A stretch of DNA of 64,000 nucleotides. Source: Calditrichia bacterium. Lineage in GTDB: Bacteria > Calditrichota > Calditrichia > RBG-13-44-9 > J075. This document shows, piece by piece, positions 1-9,768 of this stretch (position 1 is its first letter; each line of letters opens with the position of its first letter). The notes below the pieces were generated by a model. That model was not told the DNA's origin. It made no database searches and saw only the letters and a program-made list of their open reading frames with translations. A program made the position numbers and the translations under genes. Location: positions 1-64,000 of the forward strand of contig JBOEGD010000011.1 of the NCBI GenBank assembly GCA_050633245.1, in the 5' to 3' direction.

Positions 1-3000
1 TCACGTAAAAGACCAGCGCAAGGATCATTATCTGCTATTGTCCAATTAAAAGCCGCATTGGCATCACCTTCGCCATCGCTTACCGTAACGACAGTGCTAT
101 AAATTCCAACGCTTGTAGGCATTCCAGTAATTTCACCGGTCGAGCTGTCCAGATTCAACCCTGCGGGCAAATTACTCGCGAGAAATGAAAGTGGTTGATT
201 TTCCGGATCGGATGCGCCAATTGTGAGGCTAACGATTTCACCAATATTGCTGATTTGATCACCGGGATTACTAACGACTGGTGCCTGGTTTCCGGACGAG
301 GTTCCTGTCTTTTCTAAACGAGCGTCTGCCCAGTCGCCATGATCACATCCGATACCGTTACCGCCATCTTTAATAATCAGTTTCAATTCATCGGTGCCAT
401 ACACCTCAGCTTCAATGCTCAACGCATCGTCTGCCTGGGTAAGAATCGGGCTCTGGTACTCTAACTGACCATCGAGATAAACCTCAAACTGGATCGAGCC
501 GCTTCCACACGTTTCGTCGTCCACTCCAATGTCACTCTTAAATACATCGTATTCCGCATTCAGATCATATACGATCTCGGAGTAGGCATGCGCTCCCAAG
601 CCTTTAGCATACGTTTGACCATTAATTGTTATTGTATTACCATCTGTCGCACCTGTCTCGCCATTGCTGCGATCGCGTTCTACCGGACCCCAGCCATTTG
701 TCGGCGTGCTGCTCCAATTTAGATCGGAAAGGTAAATCGTTTCTGTTGTGGTTCCGCCACCGGGAGCAGTGGTTGGTATTGGCTTCCACTGTTGATGTGG
801 TTGCTGTCCGGGTTGTGCCGTAACAGCCCAGCGATTTTCATTGCTGCTTCCCTCAGAAATTTCAACAAAGAGGCCGCTGTAGGCATTGGTGAATGAATAA
901 AAACCGCTGTTTGTGGCACTTAAATACCAGATCTGATTCTGCTTACCCTGCCAATCTTGCTGGACCAGATTACTTCCCGCAGAAGCTTCCCAGTCTTCTA
1001 CAGAGAGTGCCCGGTTACTATGACCTGCCAGAATGCGATATTTGTTGCTACCAAGATTGGTGAATTCCCACTTTTGATTGTCCCCATTCACATTGTCTTT
1101 TTGAACAATACGCGCACCATTGCTTTGTGCATTGTTCTCTACCGAAGCAATCTTGCCGCTATGTCTTACTTCCAGAGTGTACCATCCGTCTGCCAGCGTC
1201 TCGGGTGGATCAACATTCAAGCTGGTTATCCAGTCTGAAAGTACCTGAATGTATTCAGAGTGAATAACGTTTTTTGCCAGTGGTGGCATCGCATCGTCAC
1301 CGAGACTATTGTCGCGAATCCACAGTACCGAATTTTGAGGGTCGCCGGCTTCAACCACATTCATCCCCGGCGGAGAGGCATGGCTAATCACCGGGGTATC
1401 GATAAGCATTTGATCGTGTAGCGCGGTTCGAGCGCGTGCATCGAAAGCACCTTCAACGCCATTCGGCCGGTGGCAGAACGCGCAGTTTGCATCCATATAA
1501 GAGCGAACGCGATGCTGCACGGAAGCAGTAACGTCTCCGATAAACGATGATTTGGGATGATCTTCCGGAAGCCCCATATCACTGTCAAACATTCCGAGAT
1601 GATTCCAGGTCTCAAGTTGGTTGCTTGTTGTTCCGGTCGATGGGTAAGTGAAATCCCGATTTAGTTGTCTTGTTTTAACGCCCAGAGCGTAGCCTGCTAC
1701 GGAGTTATGACAGTCCATACATTGTTGACGACTGGGAAAATCCCACGTTTGAGTATAGGTTGAGCCATTCGTACGAGTGACCGTTAAATCTCTGATGTCG
1801 CCATCCAGTAATAGAAAGGCCTCCGTGCCGTCAGCGTTCCATTTATAAGTGATTCCATAAGCGCCGCCGGTGTGGTCGAAGATAAAGAAACGCGTTTCGA
1901 GACGTTTTGTAATCGAGGGATTGCCCTCATCGACCGGCAGTTCAAAATGTTTGATCATTACCGTTCCGGGCGGGAACTGCCAGTTATCTTCACTGTCAAA
2001 GACGATTTGTTCGGAAGGAATATTGTGGTTACCGTCGTTTGGCAACGCTATCCAGCGTTTCTTCTCGGCACGATCGGACCAAAGTGGTGAATTTACCGTG
2101 TAAGGAATAATCCCGGGAATTGGGGTTAGTGTGTTTAGATCATTGAATACGCCAAGTGCTGACAGTGTTGCCGGTGGTTCTGCAGTAGCACCGGTGCGAG
2201 ACAGTTTGTAAATTTTCCCACCGTCTGTATTGGTGCCGAATAACTTCAGAATATAAATGTCTTCCTGCGAGTCTACATAAAATGAAGAAATGCCATCTTT
2301 ACTTCCGGTTCCAAATGTTGGAACCTGAAGCAGAAACTGAATATCTGGTGCCCCGCCGTTTTCATCTTTGGTCAAGGTCCAGACATTTTGCACCTCGTGA
2401 TCGCCAAAGAAATACTTCCCTGCCAGCTCCGGAAACTTACTTCCTCGATAGACAAAGCCACCGATAACGCAGCGTCCAAAGGTCCGCGGGTAAGCATAAA
2501 TTGGTGGCTTGTCGTTTCCTATGAGCGGATTCGGTTGTGGCTTAGGACCGTTTATATCGCCCTCTTTATAGGGCCACTGCATGTTGTCGCCTTTTTGCAC
2601 AATACTTATGTCTTCACGACTGCCCTGACCGACATCCCCAATCCATATTTCATCCTCTACAGGATCATAGGTCATGCGGTGCGGACTGCGCAAGCCGATT
2701 GCATAGAATTCCTCAAGTATGTCTCCATTGCTATTTTGCCATGGATTGTCGTTGGGGATATAGTATTCCTGGGTAAAGCTGTTTGGCCATCCGGCCGGTG
2801 GAGCAGATTGGTTTTGCGGCTGTCTGCGAATGGGGTGACTAATACTGCCACCTCTTTTGTCTACATCAATTCTCAGAACGCCGCCAAACAGCCACAGATC
2901 GATCCTCTGAGTTGTATTAAACTGATCATTTGCGCCGCCTTCATCACCAACGCTGATGTGCAGAAAACCATCCGGTCCGAAAAACATGTCGCCGCCATTA

Positions 3001-3608
3001 TGCCAGTCGTGTCGATCAAACTGCTGAATCATCGGCAGTTCAGATGCCGGATCAATTAGCGTTGCGCCGTCTTCAAGCGTAAAACGGGAGAGGCGCATAT
3101 AGCCAGTTCGCCCATGAACACCGAGTTGTGGCGCGAAGCGATACCAAACATAAAGGTAACCTCTGTTTGCCGAGCCGGCCTGTCCGAATTCGGGGTGGAG
3201 TGCAAGTCCCAACATGCCTCCATCAGCTCCGACAACAGTTTGATTTGAGATGTCGAGAATTTTGACCTTAGTTGTTGTGGCCTCATCGTTGTTGAATAAC
3301 CAAATCTTTCCCTGTTTGCCGACGACCATAAATTGATTGCCCGGTGCTTCAACCATTTTTACCGGGTCAATAAATGTGAGTTCTGGGAAGGCCTCTTCGA
3401 TAGTATACGAGACGTTCTGACCATTACTGGGCGCTTCATTAGGAAAAACGCCGTTTAAATAGGCACCGATTGGCTCAGGATTGCTTAAGCCCGGTCCTGT
3501 TAAAAAAGGTGAAAATGCGGTTAGGGCAGCTAGAATAGCTGACAGTATTGTGATAGTTAAAAGCGCTGTTAATAATTTGCGATGAAATGAGTAGCGGTGT
3601 CCCCTCAT
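1..3608 (-). CDS. Large exported multidomain protein, running off the window start: glucose/sorbosone (PQQ-type) dehydrogenase beta-propeller + diheme cytochrome c region + ricin-B lectin + NPCBM/NEW2 + Ig-like domain
   Basis: Absent from the ORF track because there is no stop in the window. Manual translation from ATG 3608 (GAGGA upstream) gives a signal peptide and GSDH motifs 'GMLGLALHPEF', 'HNGGDMFFGPDG' and 'YAIGLRSPHR'. It also gives 'PYTVNSPLWSD..KKRW', two CxxCH (CMDCH ~1708-1722, CAFCH ~1470-1484), ricin-type 'NQKW/NQIW/HQQW', NPCBM 'YLSDL..GWGPVERDRSNG..KGLGAHA..DHGDWADARL' and 'LPAGLNLDSSTGEITG'. Confidence 0.88.
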   Translation of the reverse strand, partial: MRGHRYSFHRKLLTALLTITILSAILAALTAFSPFLTGPGLSNPEPIGAYLNGVFPNEAPSNGQNVSYTIEEAFPELTFIDPVKMVEAPGNQFMVVGKQGKIWLFNNDEATTTKVKILDISNQTVVGADGGMLGLALHPEFGQAGSANRGYLYVWYRFAPQLGVHGRTGYMRLSRFTLEDGATLIDPASELPMIQQFDRHDWHNGGDMFFGPDGFLHISVGDEGGANDQFNTTQRIDLWLFGGVLRIDVDKRGGSISHPIRRQPQNQSAPPAGWPNSFTQEYYIPNDNPWQNSNGDILEEFYAIGLRSPHRMTYDPVEDEIWIGDVGQGSREDISIVQKGDNMQWPYKEGDINGPKPQPNPLIGNDKPPIYAYPRTFGRCVIGGFVYRGSKFPELAGKYFFGDHEVQNVWTLTKDENGGAPDIQFLLQVPTFGTGSKDGISSFYVDSQEDIYILKLFGTNTDGGKIYKLSRTGATAEPPATLSALGVFNDLNTLTPIPGIIPYTVNSPLWSDRAEKKRWIALPNDGNHNIPSEQIVFDSEDNWQFPPGTVMIKHFELPVDEGNPSITKRLETRFFIFDHTGGAYGITYKWNADGTEAFLLLDGDIRDLTVTRTNGSTYTQTWDFPSRQQCMDCHNSVAGYALGVKTRQLNRDFTYPSTGTTSNQLETWNHLGMFDSDMGLPEDHPKSSFIGDVTASVQHRVRSYMDANCAFCHRPNGVEGAFDARARTALHDQMLIDTPVISHASPPGMNVVEAGDPQNSVLWIRDNSLGDDAMPPLAKNVIHSEYIQVLSDWITSLNVDPPETLADGWYTLEVRHSGKIASVENNAQSNGARIVQKDNVNGDNQKWEFTNLGSNKYRILAGHSNRALSVEDWEASAGSNLVQQDWQGKQNQIWYLSATNSGFYSFTNAYSGLFVEISEGSSNENRWAVTAQPGQQPHQQWKPIPTTAPGGGTTTETIYLSDLNWSSTPTNGWGPVERDRSNGETGATDGNTITINGQTYAKGLGAHAYSEIVYDLNAEYDVFKSDIGVDDETCGSGSIQFEVYLDGQLEYQSPILTQADDALSIEAEVYGTDELKLIIKDGGNGIGCDHGDWADARLEKTGTSSGNQAPVVSNPGDQISNIGEIVSLTIGASDPENQPLSFLASNLPAGLNLDSSTGEITGMPTSVGIYSTVVTVSDGEGDANAAFNWTIADNDPCAGLLR

Positions 3609-3837
3609 AGGATTCCTCGATTCTTACATCCATATAGAAATTCTTGTATTTAGGTGATCAGACAGGGAGAGGAGGGTAAAAGAATAGACAAAACGGAGTT
3701 TTGTCAAAAAAGATAGTGAAGATATGAAATGATTGCTACGAAGTTTCCATCCAGGAATCAATGCGATTACCTCCCTGTAATCTCGCTGATCCTGCATCCC
3801 TGAATAAAGAAAGCAGTTATATAGGAATGTCGGGATG

Positions 3838-3865
3838 CGGGAAGTCACACTTTAGAGACTTCCCG
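3838..3865 (-). terminator. Possible terminator hairpin downstream of the lyase gene
   Basis: CGGGAAGTC-N10-GACTTCCCG inverted repeat ~40 nt after the stop at 3904; no clear U-tract. Confidence 0.4.
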
Positions 3866-3903
3866 ACTTAAAAGGTTTACTTGAATGCTAAAAACTGCAG
3901 GGA

Positions 3904-6285
3904 TTAGTTCATCTTAACGGAGAATGAAGTTCCTGTTGCGTAGAAAGAGAGGGTGTGGTCATTAGTCTTAACTGTCTCCAGGGGCTTGTTGTCGACTCTT
4001 ATTGCATATCTACCGTTTGCAAGACCGGTTATGACATGAAGTCTCTTGCCTGAATCTTTCAGGGTATACTTGATGTTTTTTACGAGTAAATTTTTGCGAT
4101 TGACAAAGGCTACCCGATCGCTGCCAATAACGACTCCAAAATGCGTAGAGAGTTTAATTAGTTCAGCAGGCTGCATTTTTACCAGCGTATTCGAATCGCC
4201 GATTTGGAAAAGAGTCAGGAACTCTGCCTTTGGTTTCTTCGACTTGTCATGCATCTCGAATCTATACTTCATTGCCCAGTATCCTGCCCAGTCGCTAACA
4301 ACCTTGCGCTTAGTCAGATCTTTCCCGGAAGCGTCGCGGAACCAGTAATCACCGGCTTCATCTCCCACCATGGAGTAGCTGACATTTTTAGCTGCAGGAT
4401 AGAGCCGCTTCAACAGCATAGCGCCATGAGTGTTGGCAAAGTTGGTTTGAAAACGCAGTGTCTTTTCTGAGCTTACCGTGAATTGACCTGTTGAAGGAGA
4501 ATTCCATTCACCGGCAAGCACTTCAGGCTTCTCATTTGCACTGAAAAGAAAGCGGCGCTGGTGAAGACTATCAGTTATATGAGAGTAATCGTATAGTAAG
4601 ACAAATTCATTATCCTTGTAGTTTGGCGATGCCGGATCGTGTAGATAAAGAACTTTGCGAATACCTTTGGCCAGAAAGTTGACGCGCTTGTACGACGGGG
4701 TATAGTCAAAACTGATAAAGTCGTATGTCCCATGATTGAACGATTGTGCGAGGATCAGGCCAAGTTCATTTTTTCCACCCGGCTTATTATCCTTATGATT
4801 CCAGGTTTCTGCAAAGTCATTACTTTTGCGCTTATAACCGTAGGTGTGATTCTTGCCATTATAAAATGCAGCAGAATTATGCCCTAAAACAGATTGACTG
4901 CCACCTTTGGGTAAATCAGAGTCCGATTTACTAATGCCGGCCTTGGTCGATAGCTCTCCATATTTGTGAAAGAACAAAGCTGTGGTGTTGTTTGTCCCAT
5001 GTCGAAATCCGTAAAAGCTGGGTGTCCAAAAGGTCAACTTGGTGGCCTGAGGTGTAAAGGAGGAGCGAATCGAGACATCGCCATAACCGAAGCGATAGGC
5101 GTGTTTGATGTTTGCATCTTCCGGTGAAATTGCCGCAACGTCTTTTATTCCAAAGATAAAGCTAAAGAAGAGGTCGTTTATTTCGGGATCGTTATAAGCC
5201 GGCATTTCAAGATCCGGAAATTTTGCATAGCTTTTGGAAAGAATCCAGCGGTAGAACCCCGCGAGTTTAGGATCCTTCTCTTTAATCATAGAAGTAGTGC
5301 AGAGAAACTGTTGTAGCGTCATGTTTTCATTAAACGTCGAAATCGAAACCGCACCATTCCTTTGCATAAAATGATTCTTATATTCGGGGCCTTGAATGGC
5401 CAGGGGATTGCTATAGAAAAACAGATATAGCGGAAACGTTTTGATGAAATTGAATTCTGCGTTCAAATTACGCTGCAAGGCTGGTGATAGCGCTGCTGCC
5501 ATCCAGGCAATTGAAAAAGATGCGCTCTTCATATAGCTGGCACCTTCAGACCAACCGGCCATTCCATCCGGATAGCCGGCATAGTTCTCTGCCAGCTTAA
5601 GAATGCGATCCAGCCAAATCGACTGCACATCGTCTACCATCTCATTTATCAGCTTATCTTTCCCGAGAAAAGTGTCACCATACAGCGCGATCCCGGTAAT
5701 ACCGGTTTGATAGCTATGTGCTATCATATTCATGCCGAGTTTTTGCCGGCCTCCTATTTTACCTTCTTTGTCGCGATTCGTGTAGGCAGTGATAATTTTG
5801 TCGGCAATTTCACGCTTTTGGTCTTCTGTCCAATCTCCATGAGACCAATCATATGCGACGCATAGCGACATCGTAAAGAACCCACCTTCACCTTTTGAAG
5901 AAAAGCCTGCAGAATGCACATCTTCTTTTCTTTCATCAATAGAGGCGGCGAGTTCAAAACTTTTGTCTGCATAGCGCTTCGAGCTACTACCAAACTGAAA
6001 AGACGTAAAATGGCCGCTGCGCTTCGCCAAAGAAAGAAAGGCGAAGTTTTTGGTATTGAATAGCTTCTGGTTTTCGTGTCGCGGGGTGCTATTGAGTTTA
6101 CCATCCATTAGCGTGATAAACTGCTGAAAGCGGATCGGTTCGTACTTCTTAACATATTGTGAGATGCTCTTTAGCTTTTCTGCATTCACAAATATGCGCG
6201 GTCTCTCCTTTGTTACGGTAAATTCATTTGCAAAGAGCGATGACATTGTAAAAATGAGGATACTAATTATTCGAAAGAATTGCAT
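3904..6285 (-). CDS. Exported heparinase II/III-like polysaccharide lyase
   Basis: Signal peptide, N-terminal 'RPRIF', helical half with 'VAYDW' and 'WSEGASY'. Beta half has 'H..NNTTALFFHKYGELSTKAG' and 'GHN', and the C-terminus has 'HVITGLANGRY', as in heparinase-II-like lyases. Substrate unknown. Confidence 0.62.
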   Translation of the reverse strand: MQFFRIISILIFTMSSLFANEFTVTKERPRIFVNAEKLKSISQYVKKYEPIRFQQFITLMDGKLNSTPRHENQKLFNTKNFAFLSLAKRSGHFTSFQFGSSSKRYADKSFELAASIDERKEDVHSAGFSSKGEGGFFTMSLCVAYDWSHGDWTEDQKREIADKIITAYTNRDKEGKIGGRQKLGMNMIAHSYQTGITGIALYGDTFLGKDKLINEMVDDVQSIWLDRILKLAENYAGYPDGMAGWSEGASYMKSASFSIAWMAAALSPALQRNLNAEFNFIKTFPLYLFFYSNPLAIQGPEYKNHFMQRNGAVSISTFNENMTLQQFLCTTSMIKEKDPKLAGFYRWILSKSYAKFPDLEMPAYNDPEINDLFFSFIFGIKDVAAISPEDANIKHAYRFGYGDVSIRSSFTPQATKLTFWTPSFYGFRHGTNNTTALFFHKYGELSTKAGISKSDSDLPKGGSQSVLGHNSAAFYNGKNHTYGYKRKSNDFAETWNHKDNKPGGKNELGLILAQSFNHGTYDFISFDYTPSYKRVNFLAKGIRKVLYLHDPASPNYKDNEFVLLYDYSHITDSLHQRRFLFSANEKPEVLAGEWNSPSTGQFTVSSEKTLRFQTNFANTHGAMLLKRLYPAAKNVSYSMVGDEAGDYWFRDASGKDLTKRKVVSDWAGYWAMKYRFEMHDKSKKPKAEFLTLFQIGDSNTLVKMQPAELIKLSTHFGVVIGSDRVAFVNRKNLLVKNIKYTLKDSGKRLHVITGLANGRYAIRVDNKPLETVKTNDHTLSFYATGTSFSVKMN

Positions 6286-6434
6286 TAAAATCTCTTCGTG
6301 TATTGCGGTGGTTAACTGCTACCAATTGATCCAATAATAATTGGATAGCAATCAAGCTACTAAAATCTCTAACAGATGAAAATTAACTGCATCACATAGC
6401 ATACAATCGTTCAAATATTCTGTTCCCCCCAAAA

Positions 6435-6463
6435 TTGACAATCTGCTGCAAAAATAGTAATCT
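6435..6463 (+). promoter_or_regulatory. Sigma70-type promoter for the FMO gene
   Basis: TTGACA-N17-TAATCT, 27 nt upstream of the TTG start; GAGG RBS. Confidence 0.5.
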
Positions 6464-6490
6464 ATGTATTGAAAATGTAACGAGGTAGAA

Positions 6491-7639
6491 TTGAAAATTT
6501 TAGAAACTTTGATTGTCGGTGCAGGACCCGCCGGGCTTGGTATGGCTGGAAGACTACGTAAGCGTGGTTTGGATTTTGAAATGGTTGAGGCGCGAGATAG
6601 CCTGGCCAGTTCATGGCAGGGGCACTACGATCGCCTGCATTTGCATACGGTTAAACAACTGTCACATTTACCGCATCTTGCTTTTCCGGAGGATTATCCA
6701 ACCTATGTCTCACGAGATCAGCTTATTATGTACATGAACAGCTATGCTGCTGAATTCCAGATAAACCCTCGATTCAATGCAACTGTGACAGCTATTGGTT
6801 CGACAGACTCTAAAGGGTTAAGAAAAGTATCTCTTGCAGGCCAAGACGATTTGAGTGCAAAGCATATCATTATCGCAACCGGCGTTAATCGTGAACCAAA
6901 TCGCCCGCAATGGCCAGGCGAAAAAGCATTCAGTGGCGCAATTTCCCATAGTAGAGATTATAAAAATCCCCAGCCATTTATCGGTAAACGCGTTTTGGTC
7001 ATAGGATTTGGCAATACCGGAGCCGAAATCGCGCTCGATTTATGTGAGAGTGGGGTAGAGGTTGCTATTTCTGTGCGCAGTCCGATTGCAATAATTCCAC
7101 GAGACGTATTTGGACGACCGGTTCAGTTGACGGCTAAAAAGTTGGCTAAGATTCCGCTGGGGATAGGGGATTGGCTGGGAACGCAGATTAGACGAATGAT
7201 CATTGGCGATTTGAGTAAGTTTGGCGTCCCTCTTTCAAAGGTACACCCGGCGGTTCAGCTAAGAGAAACCGGAAAGACGCCGGTTATTGACCTGGGAACG
7301 GCAGACAAGATAAAGTCTGGCGAAATTCTGGTTCACCCGGACGTTAGGTCTTTTTACGACTCGGGAATTGAATTCGCTGATGAGCTGCGTAAGGATTTCG
7401 ATGCTGTTATCCTTGCTACGGGCTATCGTCCGATGCTGGCAGACTTCATTCCAGATATTTCCCATAGCCTGGATGCAAATGGATATCCGGCATCCCCAAT
7501 TGGCAGCGGGGAGCATTCCGGCTTGTATTTTGTTGGCTTTGACGGTTACAAGCTTGGTGGTATCTTTGGTACGATAGGGGATGATTCCCTCGCAATTGTT
7601 GAGCAAATCGAAAAGAGCCTGAAGCCGATAAGCGCATAG
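6491..7639 (+). CDS. Flavin-containing monooxygenase (class B, YUCCA/CzcO-like)
   Basis: GAGPAG (FAD), 'HYDRLHLHT', FMO motif FSGAISHSRDYK, GFGNTG (NADPH), 'ATGY'. Confidence 0.9.
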   Translation: MKILETLIVGAGPAGLGMAGRLRKRGLDFEMVEARDSLASSWQGHYDRLHLHTVKQLSHLPHLAFPEDYPTYVSRDQLIMYMNSYAAEFQINPRFNATVTAIGSTDSKGLRKVSLAGQDDLSAKHIIIATGVNREPNRPQWPGEKAFSGAISHSRDYKNPQPFIGKRVLVIGFGNTGAEIALDLCESGVEVAISVRSPIAIIPRDVFGRPVQLTAKKLAKIPLGIGDWLGTQIRRMIIGDLSKFGVPLSKVHPAVQLRETGKTPVIDLGTADKIKSGEILVHPDVRSFYDSGIEFADELRKDFDAVILATGYRPMLADFIPDISHSLDANGYPASPIGSGEHSGLYFVGFDGYKLGGIFGTIGDDSLAIVEQIEKSLKPISA

Positions 7640-7707
7640 AGGAGCTGGGTTTGCCTGTTTACGGCAATTTCAATACCTTTCCATTCACGAACATTGGAGG
7701 ATGTGAC

Positions 7708-8046
7708 ATGGAAAATCTTGTATTTTGGGGAATCTTTTCATTTGGTTTTGTTATCGGATACCTGCTTTATTACGTGGCAAGACGAACGGCCACAATTAAT
7801 GCCGAATTTCTAACGACGGTTATTTCTGCTATCGGTGGGGCCACAGTTCTTGCATTCATTGGAGACAATGTCGATTTTATTGGCCCATACGGTATCGGGC
7901 TGTTGGCAGGATTCGCAACATACTTTTTTCTAACCCTCATTTTCTGGAAACTTAATACCTTCGATAAAGCCTCTGAAATAGGCTTACTGGGAAGCACGAA
8001 TGAGGGCTTTCGGGAGTTTCAGGCGTCGAAGGAAAAGAACAAATAA
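7708..8046 (+). CDS. Small three-TM membrane protein of unknown function
   Basis: ATG 7708 with GGAGG RBS; three Gly-rich hydrophobic segments; 9 nt from the next gene. Confidence 0.7.
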   Translation: MENLVFWGIFSFGFVIGYLLYYVARRTATINAEFLTTVISAIGGATVLAFIGDNVDFIGPYGIGLLAGFATYFFLTLIFWKLNTFDKASEIGLLGSTNEGFREFQASKEKNK

Positions 8047-8055
8047 GGAGAAATT

Positions 8056-9768
8056 GTGCAATCAGGTGTTTTACGCGTGCTATTACCGATGCTTATAATG
8101 ACGCTTTTGCTTTCTGCCCAGACGTCCTTTAAGACCTTGTGGATTCCACCAACCCTCAGCGGGCCGGAATACAATTTAACCATGCAAAATGGCAGCATGG
8201 AATTTATCGACGGCCTTCAAACGCCAACCTCCGGCTATAATGGAAACTATCTCGGTCCGACCCTGATTTTCCGGAAGGGGGAAATGGCGACGTTTAACCT
8301 CACTAACCTGATTGGTGATACCACGACAAACCACTGGCACGGTATGCACGTGCCTGCTATTTACGACGGTGGGCCGCATACTCGTATATTTCCCGGAGAA
8401 ACCTGGTCGCCTTTCTTCCGCATAATGAATGATGCCAGCACAATGTGGTATCATCCACATCTACATAGAATTACCGAAGCGCATGTTCATAGTGGCCTTG
8501 CCGGTATGATTATTATTCAAGATACCGTCGAGTCTACATTTAAGCTGCCGCGAGACTATGGAGTAGACGATATTCCTATTTTTTTACAGGATCGCACTAT
8601 TCTGCCAAATGGTGAGTTTCAATTCGACCCGACAGTCATATCCGCTGGTGAGATGGGGGATCGGCTGGTTATTAATGGTGTGCTGAATCCATTGCATCAA
8701 ACACCGGCACAGCAGGTGCGTTTTCGATTGTTAAATGCGTCCAGCGCTCGAGTGTATAATATTGGTATCTCCGACAATCGGTCTTTCCATCAGATAGCTT
8801 CGGATGGAGGACTGCTCGAAGAGCCGGTTTCGGTAACACGGGTGCCGCTGTCCAGCGGGGAGCGTGCAGAAATTGTGGTAGACTTTACCTCAGATATGGG
8901 AGATACTCTGTATCTAATGACCTATGCTTCCGAACTGGTTCGCAATGAACCCGGAGGCGCAAATAGCAGCGGTAGCGGCAATCCACTTGACGGAGCAGAC
9001 ACAACGGTTGTTGCTCTTGTTATCGTTGCTCCAACTGCGGCTGACAACCAATTACCAACAGAGTTTACCGAAATTGATGAACTCCGGGAAAGCGATGCCG
9101 ATACCACTCGCGACTTCTTTTTGTTAAGCTCGAACCTATCCATAAATGGGCAAAAATTTAATCACAACGTGATCAATGAACGCGTTAGATTAGGTAATGT
9201 TGAGATTTGGACGGTTGGGAATCCCGGGGATATGCCGCATCCGTTTCATATTCATGACGTACAGTTTTTCATTTTGGATCGTAATGGAATGCCGCCAAAG
9301 CCCACCGAACGGGGCAAAAAAGATACCGTGCTACTCTATGGAGGAGATTTGTTGCGCCTGATTATGGTCTTTGAAGACTATTCTGATTCGCAAACGACCT
9401 ATATGTATCACTGTCATTTTCTTCGACATGAAGACATGGGTATGATGGCTCAGTTTGTTATCTATGATTCCGTATTAACCGGGATTGAAGGCCCAACAGC
9501 TCCATCCACCAACTTACTTCTGTCCAATTATCCAAATCCATTTAACCCGGAGACAAAAATTCGTTTTGTTTTGAAAGAGCCGGGACGCACGTTGTTGGAG
9601 GTGTATAACCTACTCGGTGAGAGAGTTGCGGTTTTGGCAGATGGATTTCGTTTCTCAGGTGATCATGTGCTTACCTGGAATCCTGCAAACGCTGCCAGCG
9701 GGATATACATTGCGCGGCTTCAGTCTGGTGGAGCGGTTAAAACGCAGAAGATGATTTTGATGCGCTAA
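8056..9768 (+). CDS. Multicopper oxidase (CueO/laccase-like) with C-terminal T9SS-type sorting domain
   Basis: All four Cu motifs: HWHG, WYHPH, HPFHIH, HCHFLRHEDMGMM. Signal peptide; CTD 'SNYPNPFNPETKIRF...SGIYIARL...QKMILMR'. Confidence 0.93.
   Translation: MQSGVLRVLLPMLIMTLLLSAQTSFKTLWIPPTLSGPEYNLTMQNGSMEFIDGLQTPTSGYNGNYLGPTLIFRKGEMATFNLTNLIGDTTTNHWHGMHVPAIYDGGPHTRIFPGETWSPFFRIMNDASTMWYHPHLHRITEAHVHSGLAGMIIIQDTVESTFKLPRDYGVDDIPIFLQDRTILPNGEFQFDPTVISAGEMGDRLVINGVLNPLHQTPAQQVRFRLLNASSARVYNIGISDNRSFHQIASDGGLLEEPVSVTRVPLSSGERAEIVVDFTSDMGDTLYLMTYASELVRNEPGGANSSGSGNPLDGADTTVVALVIVAPTAADNQLPTEFTEIDELRESDADTTRDFFLLSSNLSINGQKFNHNVINERVRLGNVEIWTVGNPGDMPHPFHIHDVQFFILDRNGMPPKPTERGKKDTVLLYGGDLLRLIMVFEDYSDSQTTYMYHCHFLRHEDMGMMAQFVIYDSVLTGIEGPTAPSTNLLLSNYPNPFNPETKIRFVLKEPGRTLLEVYNLLGERVAVLADGFRFSGDHVLTWNPANAASGIYIARLQSGGAVKTQKMILMR

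Noticed and set aside
626-3352. Short ORFs including 2388-3059 (+, 223 aa)
   Set aside because: Antisense or off-frame shadows of the long minus-strand gene 1-3608.
3687-3795. Hairpins in the leader of the 1-3608 gene
   Set aside because: Short or imperfect stems with no known motif; not distinguishable from background.
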